Source: Lama guanicoe (lineage: Eukaryota). Taken from it: DNA of 64,000 nt. How positions within the stretch are numbered: position 1 is the first letter of the stretch; every line of letters starts with the position of its first letter. The translations under genes were made by a program, and so were the position numbers. Below, in pieces: positions 11,210 through 23,830 of the stretch. The notes under the pieces were generated by a model. The model made no database searches. It had not been told where the DNA came from and worked only from the letters and a program-made list of their open reading frames with translations. Location: positions 14,002,373-14,066,372 of the forward strand of contig MU053881.1 in assembly GCA_013239625.1 (NCBI GenBank), given 5' to 3'.

Positions 11210-12655
11210 TTCTGTATATTTCCTTCACTTTATGTAAAGTGTTCATCTGGTTCTGGTATCAAGGCTCTGCCAAGCTCATAAAATAAATTGGGAAGTGTTT
11301 CCTATTTTTCTACATTTTGGAGGAGTTTTTATGAAATCAGTATTATTTATTCCTTGCATTTTAGAAAAAAATCACCGGGGAAGCCACATGGCCCCTGAAT
11401 TTTCTTGTGGGAATGTTTTAAATGATGAGTTCAATTGTTTTGATGGACATATGTCTACTCAGATTTCATATCCAAGTAACAGGTTTATTTTTATAAGAAT
11501 GTGTCTGTATCATCTAAGTGTTTAATTTTATTGCTATAAAGTTGCTCATAATATCTTCCACAGATATTTTTGCCATTTAAATCTTTAATGATATTTCTTT
11601 AATTCTTTTTGTTGTTGTTATTGTTGTGTGAAGGAAAAGCCGGGCTGGGCTAATAAGATAACTCATAAATCTAAGTGTAATAAGTGACAGTTTACTGATC
11701 TAAGTTCTGCTGAGCTACCTCGTAAATCTGAAGTTTAGTGTCAGTTTACTGGGCTAACAAGCTAACTCGTAAATCCAAGCTCAACAAGTGTCAGTAACGT
11801 GATCTGTTCCTAACAGATAAGTTCCAGTGTACTGATTCCTTGGTTTTGCTGTTCGAGCCTTATTGGCGAATAGCCCCAAGCTTGTAATTAACCCTATAAA
11901 ACCCCATGCACACGTCTTGGAGGTGCTCAGAGCTTCAGAGCAGAAGCCTCTCTGAGCCCGCCGGTGTAATAAATCTGAGTACTCCAACCCTCCGAGTGGT
12001 GCTTGTTTCTTGCTGGCCTGTCATTTCCGTAACAATTGGTTTTTAGAGTCTTTATGTTATTGTTTTTTTTTCCCTCATGAGTAGCATTTCCAGGGATATA
12101 AGTTTTGTTAGTTTTTTCCAAGTGCCACTTTTTGGACTTTAATCTACTGTACACGTTTTAAAATTTTGTTAATGTTTTTCAACTTACGGTCTTTGGGTTT
12201 CGTCTCCTATTTTCTTATTCCCTTGAGAAAGCTGCCTGGATAATGGATTTTTAGCATTTCTTCTTTCTAGTGTGTGCACTTAGGGCCTCTAATCATGGCT
12301 TTAGTTGTATCCCACAAATTTTAATGTGCTGAAGTCCTTATCATTCAGTTCCAAATATCTTCTAAACATCCAATGTGGTCTCTTCCTGGCCCATGGGTTA
12401 TTTAGTAGCTTATTGCTTAGTTTGCAGATTCGGGGATATCTTTTCTCGTTATCTTTCTGTTATTTATTTCTAGTTTATACTTGTGATCTGAGAGCATCTT
12501 CTCTATGATTTAAATCCTTTGCAATTTGTTGAGACTTGCATTATGGTCAGCATGGGGTCAATTTTTGGTGAAATGTTCCACATGCACATGAAATCCCATT
12601 CAAGATTAAGAGTATGTGATCAAATACTCTTGTTCATCAGTTAATTAGATGAGTG
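11210..12655 (-). mobile_element. Ancient L1 ORF2 fragment, interrupted by a solo LTR
   Basis: tctggttctggtatcaagg...ctcataaaataaattgggaagtgtt and gctttagttgtatcccacaaatttt...tttgttgagacttgcattatggtcagcat are antisense L1 ORF2 motifs. Confidence 0.7.
11622..12034 (+). mobile_element. Solo ERV LTR with intact promoter and poly(A) signals
   Basis: TG..CA ends (tgttg...taaca), three ~52-bp U3 repeats, ATTGG at 11862, TATAAA at 11895, AATAAA at 11968, retained CpGs; abrupt composition change inside an AT-rich L1. Confidence 0.8.
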
Positions 12656-12659
12656 CTTT

Positions 12660-14900
12660 CTCCCTTTCCCCTTTAGCGTGATTATATTACTTCAAATACA
12701 GTTGGGTTCATTTGTTTTCAGCTTGCTCTTACAGGTTTTCCTCCTTCCCATTCTTGTCAATTTAATATTTTCACATGTAGAACGTAAAGCTACTTCTAAA
12801 AAATCAAACTATGCAAAAAGGTTTACTCAGAAAAGTGTCACTTCCTCCCATATCCCCATGTAGGTAACCAACATTATTTTTGTAACTTATTCTTCCTGGT
12901 TTTTTTTATTTTAAAGATAAGTAGATGTACATGTGTTCTCTTATCTCTTCTTCTTTCTTTTATACAAGGTAGCATGTAAGCTCCTTCATAATTTGCCTTT
13001 TTCATTTAACAATGTCTCCCAGAGATCACTTCACATCAGTTTATAGAGCTCTTCCTCATTCTTTATTTACAGCTGGATGGTACTCTATTGAGCATAGGGG
13101 CCATATATTGAAGCAATCGCCTATGCTTAGACATTTAGGTAGTTCCCTAAAAATAATACTGTAATCAATAGCTTTTTGCATATGTATTTTTGTCCTTTAG
13201 CGGGACGTATCTTCAGGATAAATTCCTAAGAGTGACTGAAGAAATTCCTAGAAGCTACATTGAAGGATAGATACATATGTCGTCTTATTAGCTGGTGCCA
13301 AATTCCCCTCAGTAAGGGTTTTGCGTTCCTACCATTTTGCATTCCTACCAGCAATGAAGGAATGTCTGTTTTACCACAGCCATGGAAACAAAGTGTATTG
13401 TCACGCTTTTGAGTTTTTACCAGTACAATGAGTGAGATGTAGTACTTCAGTGAACGTTAACCTTGTATTTATCTTAATATGAGTAAAGGAGTGAAGCTGA
13501 ATACATTTTCCTATGTTCAAGGCACATATCTTTTTGTAATGCCTCTTCATGTCTTTTATCTGTTCTTCTATAGAATTGTTAGTATTTATGTTTTTCTTCA
13601 AGTGTTGAAGGTGTTTTGTATATTAGCGATACCGGCCTTTTTCTGTGATACACACGACACTTTCTCTTAGTCTGTCATTCATATTTTTGCTTTGCTTGTG
13701 GTGTTGTTTTTTGCCTTATATAGTCAGTGTATCATTCCTTTATTACATCTGGATTTTTTAGTCATAATTAAAAATATTTCCCTAAATCCAGACAGTAGAG
13801 GAATCCATCCACACTTTCTTCCAGTACTGATAGGTTTATTTTCTACATTTATACTTCTGATCAATTTAGAGGTTTTCTTCTTATATATGACATTTTTTTC
13901 CTGGACTCCTGCCCACCCACCCCCCCACACACATAGTTCTTCCTATTTAGTCTTTTCATACTTATCCTTGTATATGTATTTTTTTCTTTAATAGCTTTAT
14001 TGAGGTATAATTGACAAATTATAAGATGTTTAAAGCGTACAGTGTGATGATTTGATGTATATGAGTATTTACTTTTCAGGTGAACTTTAGTCTCAGTATA
14101 TCTAGCTTGATGATAAAGCCTGTCAACATTTTTGTCGGGTTCCATTAAATGTACAAATTAACATAGTGAAAATGAGAGCGTGGTTATGTTGAGGCTTCCT
14201 AAACAAGAACGAGGATTATTCTCCCTCTGTCTCGTATCTCCTTTTATGTCTTTGGGGAATATTTCTAGTTTTCTTCATAAAAGTTTTTGTCATTTCTAGT
14301 TAAGCTGGATCCTAATGCGTTTTCTGTCTTTTTTCGTTGCTGTCATAAATAAGATTTTCTTATTCATTCTGTCTTTCAACTGACTATTATTTATGTACAT
14401 GAATGCTACTGAGTTTTGTTATATTTTTCATGAAGCAGTATGGTTTTTAGCTTTATATAAGATGTCTTTTGCCCTCATTTTATGCTTTGGGCTAGAATTC
14501 TACTATGGTATGAGGATTTCAATTCCTTCTTTCTTACTGTTTTCATTTGCCTCTGGTAAATCTGTGCATTTCTTTATTTTTAGCCTTGAATCCTTGCATT
14601 TGAGCTATGTCTCTTACATACAACATTGAGTTTAGATTTTCATTGTGGATAGATTTGAGCATCACTTTATTTTAATAGAGGAGTTAAGCTCATTCATGTT
14701 TATCCATATGACATATTTGGTGCCAAGTCTGTCATTTTGCGTTGTAATTTCTGTGAGCTACATGTTTACTTTCTTTCTTTCTCAATTCAGCATGTCGTCT
14801 TTGCCATTTTTTCCCCTGTGGCTATTTAAGAAGTTTTGTGTTCCCATTGTAGTGTTTAGCTTGGTATTTATAGTCTCCTTGATTCATTCCCTTTTGTCTT
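12660..14900 (-). mobile_element. Mosaic of ancient L1 (L1ME/L1MB-like) fragments
   Basis: T-rich antisense L1 motifs such as gacatttaggtagttccc, ccattttgcattcctaccagcaatg and gctttattgaggtataattgacaaa (~13995). Confidence 0.65.
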
Positions 14901-14914
14901 CTTTATATAACCCT

Positions 14915-15320
14915 TTACTCTCTCAAAACTCTCAGTGGCTCCCCCATCTCAGAATGAAGTCCAGTATCCTTGCTACAGCCCATAAGACCTGTTTTTTGAT
15001 TATTCAAGTATCTGACTCTGAAGTTGTTACTTAGGACTCTCTACTCAGTGAACTGCTGCCACCATGACTTGCTCTGTCTTCCTCGAATATGTTCCCATCT
15101 CAAGGCCTCTGCAGTTGGGTTATCTCTATAAACCATGAATGTCCTTCCCTCACATTTTGTACTACATACTGTCTCACTTCATTCAAGTCTGGAATCAGAT
15201 TTTATCTCATCGTCAAAAGAGTCCCTGACCTCCATATTTCAAAGATCACTGATATATCCATTGCTAGGTCCTGATCCTACACAGTTTTCTTCAAGTCATG
15301 TGCCACCACTTGCCATTGTT
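14915..15320 (+). mobile_element. L2 LINE 3' fragment
   Basis: ctcaaaactctcagtggctccc...cagaatgaagtccagtatcctt...tcaaggcctctgcagttg...cacttcattcaagtct. Confidence 0.7.
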
Positions 15321-16459
15321 AATAAGTCACACATACTGAAGGCCAAAGAAAATATCTGAATGGTCCCTTCAACTAAAGAACCTATTTACCATGGATCTTG
15401 GCATATTAAAATGCTGTGCAGCTCAAATTCTAAAACTTGAAACCCTGGGTTGAGGATATTGAACATCTCGGATAGATGGCAGCACTGGTAAGGTATTTGG
15501 CACTGAAGACACAAATGGCTTGACAACCAGATCACAGCCCAGCCTCTAGGCTGTTTCCACATCACAATTTGAAAGTTTCACCCACATCTTGTTTTGATGG
15601 CATATGTGAGCCCGCTTTCCGACATTCCCGAGACCTCTCTAATAGGAATCTAGGGGAAGGGTCCATCCTGAACCCACGAGCGAAACCATACAATGTGAAA
15701 ACCCCAGAGTGGAAGCCCATTGCCAGCTGCCCCGTGCAATCTTCCAAATTCATGCTACACAGAGCAGAGAAGAGCAGCATCGTGAATTGATGAGCTGGAG
15801 CGTAGTAACCCAGGGCTTCCCCGTGTGCGCCAGACAAGAAGGCAGTTGGAATGGGCTTCTAAGGACCAGTATCATCTTGCTATTCTGGCAAAAGTTTGTG
15901 AGTGAGGGACAGCTCTGTCCCAAATGGTGCCTGCAGTCTTTGGCTGCACTGCAGGGTTCTGGAAGTGATGACCTTGCTCAGACTTAGATGAGGTCAGGAG
16001 TACCTTTATAAACAGTAGTGGTGATTGTGTATTGGTGAGCTAAAGATAAGTGCAGGAACGTCTCCAGGGCAAGGATGGGATGGAGAACAGATCATGAGGA
16101 AATAATTTTTAAAATGGTTCTCCAGGGCTAAGGGATAAACCAGATGGTTATTATATTGGAAAAATGGGGGAGAACAAATTAGAGCTATTTACATTTCTGC
16201 TCTGAAGGCAAAGCCTGTATTTTCTGTAGGACGGCTTCTTTGCTAAGGACTATTAACTTGAGAGCAGAGAAGTGCCACCAAATGACATTTTAATGGCCAG
16301 CATAAAAAAATGTGTTACTTGGCTGTGATTTCACTGGAAAAAATATATCTTGATAAAGAAACCTTGATCATATTTTAGAAGCTCTGTTAGGTCCTTCTCA
16401 TGAAACAAAATAGCAGCAACATTTTAGGAAAAGAAACATTAGCATGGATTTCCCTGTCA

Positions 16460-17450
16460 GAAACTACTCAATTCATCAAATGGTGAGTAAGCCCTTGCTG
16501 TGTTCATGACACTGTACTAGGTACTAAGGGAATATAAAGAGGAATAAAAGATATCCCTTGACCTCAAAGGATCTTTAATTTTGTGAAGAAAATTCCAACA
16601 GCTAAATTTTCTTTATTGTATGATAAGAGATAATAACAGTATACAAATGACCTGCCTCACCCACATTTAGAGTAGCTGATTTTTTTTTTACCCCTGCTTC
16701 AAAAGGACCTTTCTGGTTGAAGAAAGAAACCCACCCCCAAATTATTTCTTAGACAGACAAACAATTTAGCAGTGTTAGACCTATGTAATCAGCAGTGATG
16801 AGAAAACAAGATGGACTGACTGATGAGGTGGAAAGTCTTCCAATTGCCTGGATGTGTGATAAGACAGTGAATTCATATGCCTAGAAGCCAAACAGTGATT
16901 TTTTTCCCAAAGGGTTGTTATACTTAAAAACTCTTAATAAAAAGAAAATTGAGACATTAAAGAAGACATTTTCAGCTTAGCAAGGAGATATCTGATAACT
17001 CCAGGAAGGGACTCTATTGACAGAACCTCATAGTTCAGGGGAAATCTCCAAGAATTAACAGCATTATGGAATACAAAGGAGGAGGAAGAAATGATGGGTA
17101 GAGGTGGAGCATGAGGAAGGAGCTTTGGAGGAGGTGACATTTATTTTTGGCTTGAAGGTTACGGATGGGCCAAGACCATGGGCAAGAAGGACTGAGTCAG
17201 AGGAACCAGAGGGAGCAAACACATGAAGCCTTGAGTTTGCTAGAAATCTTGCGGGGGGTGGGGGGTGGATAACTAGTCCGTTGAGTTGCTAACTAAGGAA
17301 GCAGGGGTAGTTTGCAGCTAGTTCACAGAGGGTGTTCATTTGAACTGTATTTAATAAGCAGTGGAGGAAATGTAGGATATTTTTAAAAATGCAGTGAAAT
17401 CGGGGCTTTAGAAAGAGAACTTTGAATGTGGAGCAATGTGGAGGACAAGT
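16460..17450 (-). mobile_element. Discontinuous L2 LINE fragments
   Basis: gacactgtactaggtactaagggaatataaag...cccttgacctcaaagg and ggaggaggtgacattt...ggcttgaagg...gagggtgttcat. Confidence 0.5.
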
Positions 17451-19929
17451 GAGGTACGTGGGACAGTAGTTTCAACCAGAAGCGAGAAGCTCAAGGACTC
17501 TGTCTCAGGTGGTTCTCTGCGAATAACTAGCATGTTATTGAGCCCATGGCAGGCCTTCCGTAAATACTTCATTCAGCCAGCACTTGATGGTAGCAGGTCT
17601 ACCTCATACAAGCATCTCCGGAGGCTAGAGAAACAGAGAACCATTCCACTGTTTCCAAGAAACTTAAAATCTTTATTGCTGAGTCATGAATTGACAGGGT
17701 TTTGAGGGTTATCTGAGGTTCAGTTGCCTTTTTTGAAATAGTTTGCCTTCCACTCCCAAGGATATCAGCAGTCAGGACCAAACGTCAAGAATTAGTCACA
17801 CAAAAGATTATAAGTTGCATGAAACAAACAAACTTGGCTCTCTGTTACATTTCCATATTGCTCCACTGTTTTTTGTTTTTGTTTTTTTTTTTTTCTGTTG
17901 TTCCACTGAGATTAAAATGATGTCTAGGAAACCAGAAATATCAGATCTAACTACAAGGGTCAATCAGGAACTCTAGGAAAGACCTGTTTTTGGGGGAAGG
18001 GGTGTATATTTCCAATGCATGAAGAAAAATCCCTACCTTGAAACCAAAACCCTAAACCCATGTCCAGCTTCCTTTTTAGACATGATCCAAACATGCACAG
18101 TGTGGGTGATAGCTGCTTAACAGACAGGACTTAGGAATCAGGAAGAGGGAAAGACATTTTTGGTTAAAAATGTAATGGTAATATTTATCATCATAGTGCT
18201 GAGCGTGCCCCGAGCTTGCCTTCATCCTTAACCCCTGAGGAGAGAGATAAACTGGACTCAAGCCAGTGGGTGTAGATCCAAATCTGCCACACGAGCTTGT
18301 TCCTGATGCAGGTAGGAGGTCCCAGGGAACAGCAGGCTCTATCAGACCTTGGGCAGCAGGGAGAGGGGACCATATGCTCCTCTCGCCACTTCTGCTTGTC
18401 ATTTTCCACTCCCCTTGCCCCTGCAGGTGACTGACAAGCAGAAGTTTAACATTCCTTCCAACAAAAAGCCACCACCGGCAGTACCTCTCAGCTTGTTTTT
18501 CAGCAAGCACACAGTCTGTTTCTGAGCCACTGTTGGGAATTAGAATTGACAAGTCAACCCAATCATTTTACTCCCCTCTCTCCCCATCACCTTTTTTCTT
18601 GGCCGCAGCTTAATCCAGGGTATAAGAAACAGGACTCTTACTGAGGAATTCTCTCTCCCTCAGCTCTATAACATCTCTTCTGGATATCCTCCCACTGAGC
18701 ATGTGTTCAGAGGGACTTCTCACCTCATCAGTAATCTGTATCTCAGCTGTCACTTCTTTTTAAGGAACACCTTGATTTTTTAGTTTCTAGAGAACACACA
18801 AAATAAAATCGTACAAGGCAGTGGGAGGCAGCCTGGTCAAGGATACACTGAGATACATACAGGCTAATCTTCTTCTGGCTGTTACCTTTTCCAGAAAGAA
18901 CTGAGGATGCTTCGGTCTTAGAGGTCCTCAGTCCTCTTCATCCTCAAGGGAAGATTTATCATCATAACTAATCCCTGTGTGGGCTAGAGAGCATGTGTAA
19001 AAAATTCCAAAGTGAATACCGCAAGGCTTCTGACTGAAGAGTTTCTCTGCTTGATAAGAATTTATGTTGTAAACTTGGAAGAGGCACCATCACTTAAGCC
19101 CCCTGATTAAGATTTTATCTCATTAAATTTTAAGCATGGTTCACCATATTGACAACACCTCTCTGCATTTTTCAGTTCCATCCATGTTTATCTCCACCAA
19201 TAGCATCTTATAAAGAATGTTGCCCTGAAAAGGCAACATCCTTTTGTACAGATTGATTAAGTGCGTCTTTTAGAAATGAACACATATATATAGGTTTCTG
19301 CCACGTCCAGCCTAAGACTGAACTTGACCATCCTGGACAGCATGCTCATTACTCTATAACAGTGTTATGTCCATGACAGCATAAGAACATACTGTTGCTT
19401 CTTGAAAAGTTGCAAGTGAAAAAGTCTTTTCTCAGAGAAGACAGTGCGTCTCCCTCTCCCCGAGGAACAACTGTTTATCCTGGAATCACACTGCTGGGGT
19501 TGAGAAGTCCACCTCCTACACACAGACTTCTGGAAACAGTGTTGGGATGATCACTACTTAAATGGTCTTGAGGTCCATCTGGAGACCCTGATTGTACAAG
19601 TGCCTCCAAATATGGTAGAACAATTATAGCCGATAAACCTCAGGATGTGCATGGACCTACATCAAAGGTTTTCCATAGAGTTGAGGTTTCCCTGTAGAGT
19701 GTTTGAATTATACTTTAGCTATTTCACATGGAAAAATTCGGAAAGTTTGTTTTTAAAATCTTTTTAAAAATTGTAAAGGACATCTTCTCATTGCCAAAAT
19801 GTTATGTTACAAAGTCATACAATGTAAAATATGGGTCCTTTTTTATAGTCTTAATTTTTTTGTTGTTAAAATTTATCATCTCTGTGAATTGTCCACTTTC
19901 CTCCACTAGATCCTGTAATATATTTATCA

Positions 19930-20950
19930 CAGTTAAAGTCTTTGTCTTCTAGTTCCAGCATCTGAACTGTGTCTGTTGACTACTTTGTCTCTTTATTGTT
20001 GATTATCTTTTTCTTCTTTGCCCGTTTCATGATTTTTGGTTGTATGTTGGACATTGTGCGTAAAAGGAACCATAGCATGAAACAAATGTTAACTCCTTGA
20101 AAAGGTCATGACCCTTTCTCTTATGACTGATGATGTGGAAAATTGAGTCAGTCGGATCACCTAATCTATAATTGAGCTGACTCTGAGATCTGTTGCAGCC
20201 TTAGTTAAATTCAGTCCACCACTGACTTCAACAGATTCGAGGGCAGGATCCACACTGTGCCTTCATCAGGGCTTAGGACCTTATTACTAATGAGAATCTT
20301 GAGATTTCTCTAAGTGTCAGCTCTCCAAATCGTGGGAGATCTCTCTCTTTTTTATGACAGAAGCCATCAGTCTTCTAGGATTTTGTGCTTTGTGAAATTT
20401 CCTTACCATACTATGCCACCAGACTGTCACCTGTCATGTGGAAGACTGATGCCTTAAAAAAAGTGGATGTCTTACACTTGATGGAGCCCCATGCTCCTTA
20501 AGGATGGTCTCTATCAGGTCACCTGGCCTAGCACAGGTTTGGGCACTCTAACCCTGTGCACTTGATAAAGATGCTGTGGGAAAGATGTGCAGGTGAGAGA
20601 GTCCTTGCTTTGACCTGGATTTGCTCAGGCTTCTCATTTGTCACGCCAGTCCATACCCGGCTGTGAAAAGATTGTTAGGAACTGGGCTCGTTCCTCTTTA
20701 CCCCCATCTATGGCAGGCTGGCTTCTTTTTCTGCCATGCCTTCAGGAATGAAAGGACTTGTGGCATTGTTCTCTCGCAGGAATTGCTAATCCCCTTCTGC
20801 TGATTTCATTTAGATTTCTTTGTGTCCTCAGCGTTCCAATGACTTTTTTTTAGAAGTATGATTCTTGTGGCCTATCTAGTTTTATCTTATTGTCAGGGCA
20901 GGAGCAGCAGTCTCCTACAGCATTCTCTATTCTGTGTGGAAGCAAAAGTC
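19930..20950 (-). mobile_element. Ancient L1 5' region
   Basis: gtgtctgttgactacttt...atttttggttgtatgttggacattgtg and terminal ttgtcagggcaggagcagcagtctcc...ggaagcaaaagtc. Confidence 0.5.
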
Positions 20951-20959
20951 ACACATTAA

Positions 20960-21520
20960 AAAATTGAAAGCCATCTTTCTTGCTCCCCAGATGCATCCAT
21001 ATGTGTGTGCCTGCACACATACAGCTTTCATTCATTCATCCATTCATTCATTTCTCTATGTGCATGTATATTTGACTTTTAAAATAAATATTTAGCCTGC
21101 CATGCATTCTTTCTACAGCTTCCTCTTTTTTTCCAACTACGTATTGTATGCATATTTTCCTGCCGATACAGGTAGAATTACCACATTCTTTTGAACACTT
21201 GTGCAGTATGTCATCATATTAGCTGAACCATCATTTATCCAAGCAATTTCTTACTGATGGCCATTTAGTCATAAAGTGTTTTAATATTATGAATGATGTC
21301 AATTCATAAACAGTTGTACAAAAGGCATGTAGAGTCTTATGAGTATTTCTGAGGTTGAATTCCTAAAACAAAGGCAGCTAGTTTGAAGGTGTTTACTTCT
21401 TCTTAAAGACGGCATTGAGCACCACCTAATTTTTCCAAATAGCTCTGTGACATCAGTATGACGATTATCACTGTACTGCAGCGAATCCCCGATCACTTGT
21501 TGACAAGCGTTGGACTCTTT
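20960..21520 (-). mobile_element. Ancient L1 (L1ME-like) 3' fragment
   Basis: accacattcttttgaacacttgtgcagtat...ttactgatggccatttag...ttcctaaaac. Confidence 0.55.
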
Positions 21521-21559
21521 GACCAAGAGTCTGTGCTTGCATAAAGGCCTGAGACCAGA

Positions 21560-21853
21560 ATAACCCAAACTAGGTTCTATGGAACACTAGTGCCATGACT
21601 GTTTCATAAAAGGGAGTTCTGTGGCCCAGTTAGATTGGGAGGCCCAGTTACACTCTGTCCACACACCCTTCTCTCTTAGAAATTCAGAATATAGTTCAAT
21701 ATACTGATGACTCTGTGAAGCCGTGAAGAAGAATGATTCTGCTGAACTTGATTTAACCCAGTGTTTTCCTCACCTACTGACCCAATAACTCTCCATGCCT
21801 GTTAGATGTTGACATCATCTAGAAAGAAGACAGAGTGGGAAATGCTGCTCTAA
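21560..21853. mobile_element. MER103C-like hAT-Charlie element
   Basis: ttctatggaacactagt...ctcttagaaattcagaat...ttgatttaacccagtgttttcc...gggaaatgctgctcta. Confidence 0.65.
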
Positions 21854-22369
21854 ATAATTTGGTTCCTTTAAAAATGAATCCACATGTTCCTCTTTCTTCT
21901 ATCTCTTCCCTTGTGATTGGACTTTCAGCATGTCTCACGAGTTACCCTTTTCTCCTAATCTCTGAATTTCCTAGTCCAGAAAGATGACTCCTCCTTAGAG
22001 ACGAGGAAGCTTCATACTTGTTAGAATGGTTGCTCAAATAAAAATAAGCAGACTTTAAACAGAGGAGGCCTGACGAGCTCTCCCATGGATCAATGAGGAG
22101 AACTTTCATGTCTGAGTTTGTCTGGCCTTTCCGTAACTCTTATTTTCTTCCCCCAAGATTCTTATCTGTTATTCTCCCTTAAGTGAAATATAATGTATTT
22201 AGCTATCCCCTGAAGTCTCGATGTAGGGAACTCTCTTGCTTACTGAAGGCTTAGGCAAGGTGAATGTATCCAACAGAAGAGGAAAAGGAGGAAAATCTGG
22301 TAATCTTATTCATAGTAAGGTATCGGAAGAGAGCTATGCAGTTAAACAAGAGACACCACATGCTAGGTA

Positions 22370-22620
22370 GTCACCATCATCTGTGAGCTTACTCTCTGCC
22401 AGCTGTGGTGCTGAAAAGTTTGTACCTGTATCACCTTACTGATGTCACTTAACCATAGGCTAAGAAAATACTATTGTTATCTGCAGTGAGCAGATACAGA
22501 ACCTTGGGCCCCGCGAAACTAAGAAAAAGTCACAAAGCAAATGAAAAAATAAGTGGCAAAACTGAGATTTAGACTGTTTGCCCAATTTCACAGTCTGTCT
22601 TCAACCATTACCCTATTCTG
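22370..22620 (-). mobile_element. MIR SINE
   Basis: gagcttactctctgccag...gtcacaaagc...aagtggcaaaactgagattt...tcaaccattac. Confidence 0.6.
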
Positions 22621-23699
22621 TCTGCTGTGGGCATGTGTGTGGGGAGGGGGAGAGACAGGCACAGAGGAGAGAGACAGAATGGGAGTGACACCAGCCAAAG
22701 CTGCTGTTCTGATAGGCCCAATGAACTAGAATGAGAGCCAGAGAGTGAAGGCCAGGCCAAGTGGGGGGAAATGTCCCCTTGTCAGCTGTCCCATTCTATC
22801 CGCTGCCCTCATTTCTCCTCTGGCGTTTCCATTGACATCAGCCATAGAATATGCAACAGAAATCCGCACTGCAGATAAAGGCTCTATAGAGCATCTCTGA
22901 GCTAAGGAAAAAACCCAGGCCAGAGAGTTTCGTACATAGAAATTTGGCTCAATTCTTAACGAGTTTGGATGACATGAGGTCAACACTGTTTTCTCTGTGG
23001 ATAACCAATCGACATAAGGACAAAAGAAAGCTCAGCTTAATCTGCAGCTGGAATCACTGTTGAGAAAGCAAAGAACAGGTTTTCAAAGCTTAAAAACCTT
23101 AGGTCTATTTAGTCTAGTGTCCTGATTACAATTTGTCACATGCCAAATAAAAACCCATATTTATTCAGCAAACATGTATTGAGCACTTCACGCCCAGGCA
23201 TCATGTCACTTGTCACAGTGCACACATGCACACACACACACACACAGTGATTTGAAAAAATTAAGGAATGAATTGCTTGAATGCATCTGGGAAGATTATA
23301 GAAAAAGATGGAAGAAAATATGAAAATGTATGCTACTAACTTTTGAGATGCAAATAAACATTAGCAGGAAATAATTTAAATGGCATCAGTGAAATAAAAT
23401 TTTACATTAGAAATGTCATCTTGATCCAGCAACTCTTTGCTGAGCAAGCCTTACAGGTTTGGTCTGTGCTAGATTTTGGTAATATGTGTGGGGGCAGGGG
23501 TGGGGGTGCAAAGGACAGTTTTTGACCCCAGAAGAGAGACATAAAAAAAGATAACCACAAAACTTATTGAAGGATATAATAGTGGCACAAATGAAGAAAA
23601 AAAAAAGTGAAGAAAAGTCCCAAAGAATTGACCTTTATGCAAATGCACAAAGCTAGCTGACATGTTATATTTAGTCTCTGGAAATGTTAGCAAAAGTTG

Positions 23700-23830
23700 G
23701 GGAGATTACAGGCAAATATCCCATCCTACCGAAGAGGAAACAAGGCACAGAGGGAGAAGGAGGCTTGCCCAAAGCTAGCAGTCAGCAGAATGGGCCAGGA
23801 AGACCCTGGACACCCGGGCTAGTGCTGTGT
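23700..23830 (-). mobile_element. MIR SINE fragment
   Basis: cccatcctaccgaagaggaaacaaggcacagagggagaaggaggcttgcccaaag. Confidence 0.65.

Noticed and set aside
16789..16824. Box C (GTGATGA) and box D (CTGA) pair as a snoRNA
   Set aside because: Only ~35 nt, too short for a C/D snoRNA, and the terminal stem is imperfect.
19212..19244. Hairpin aaagaatgttgcc / ggcaacatccttt
   Set aside because: Short stem with a mismatch; expected by chance in 64 kb and too small for a pre-miRNA.
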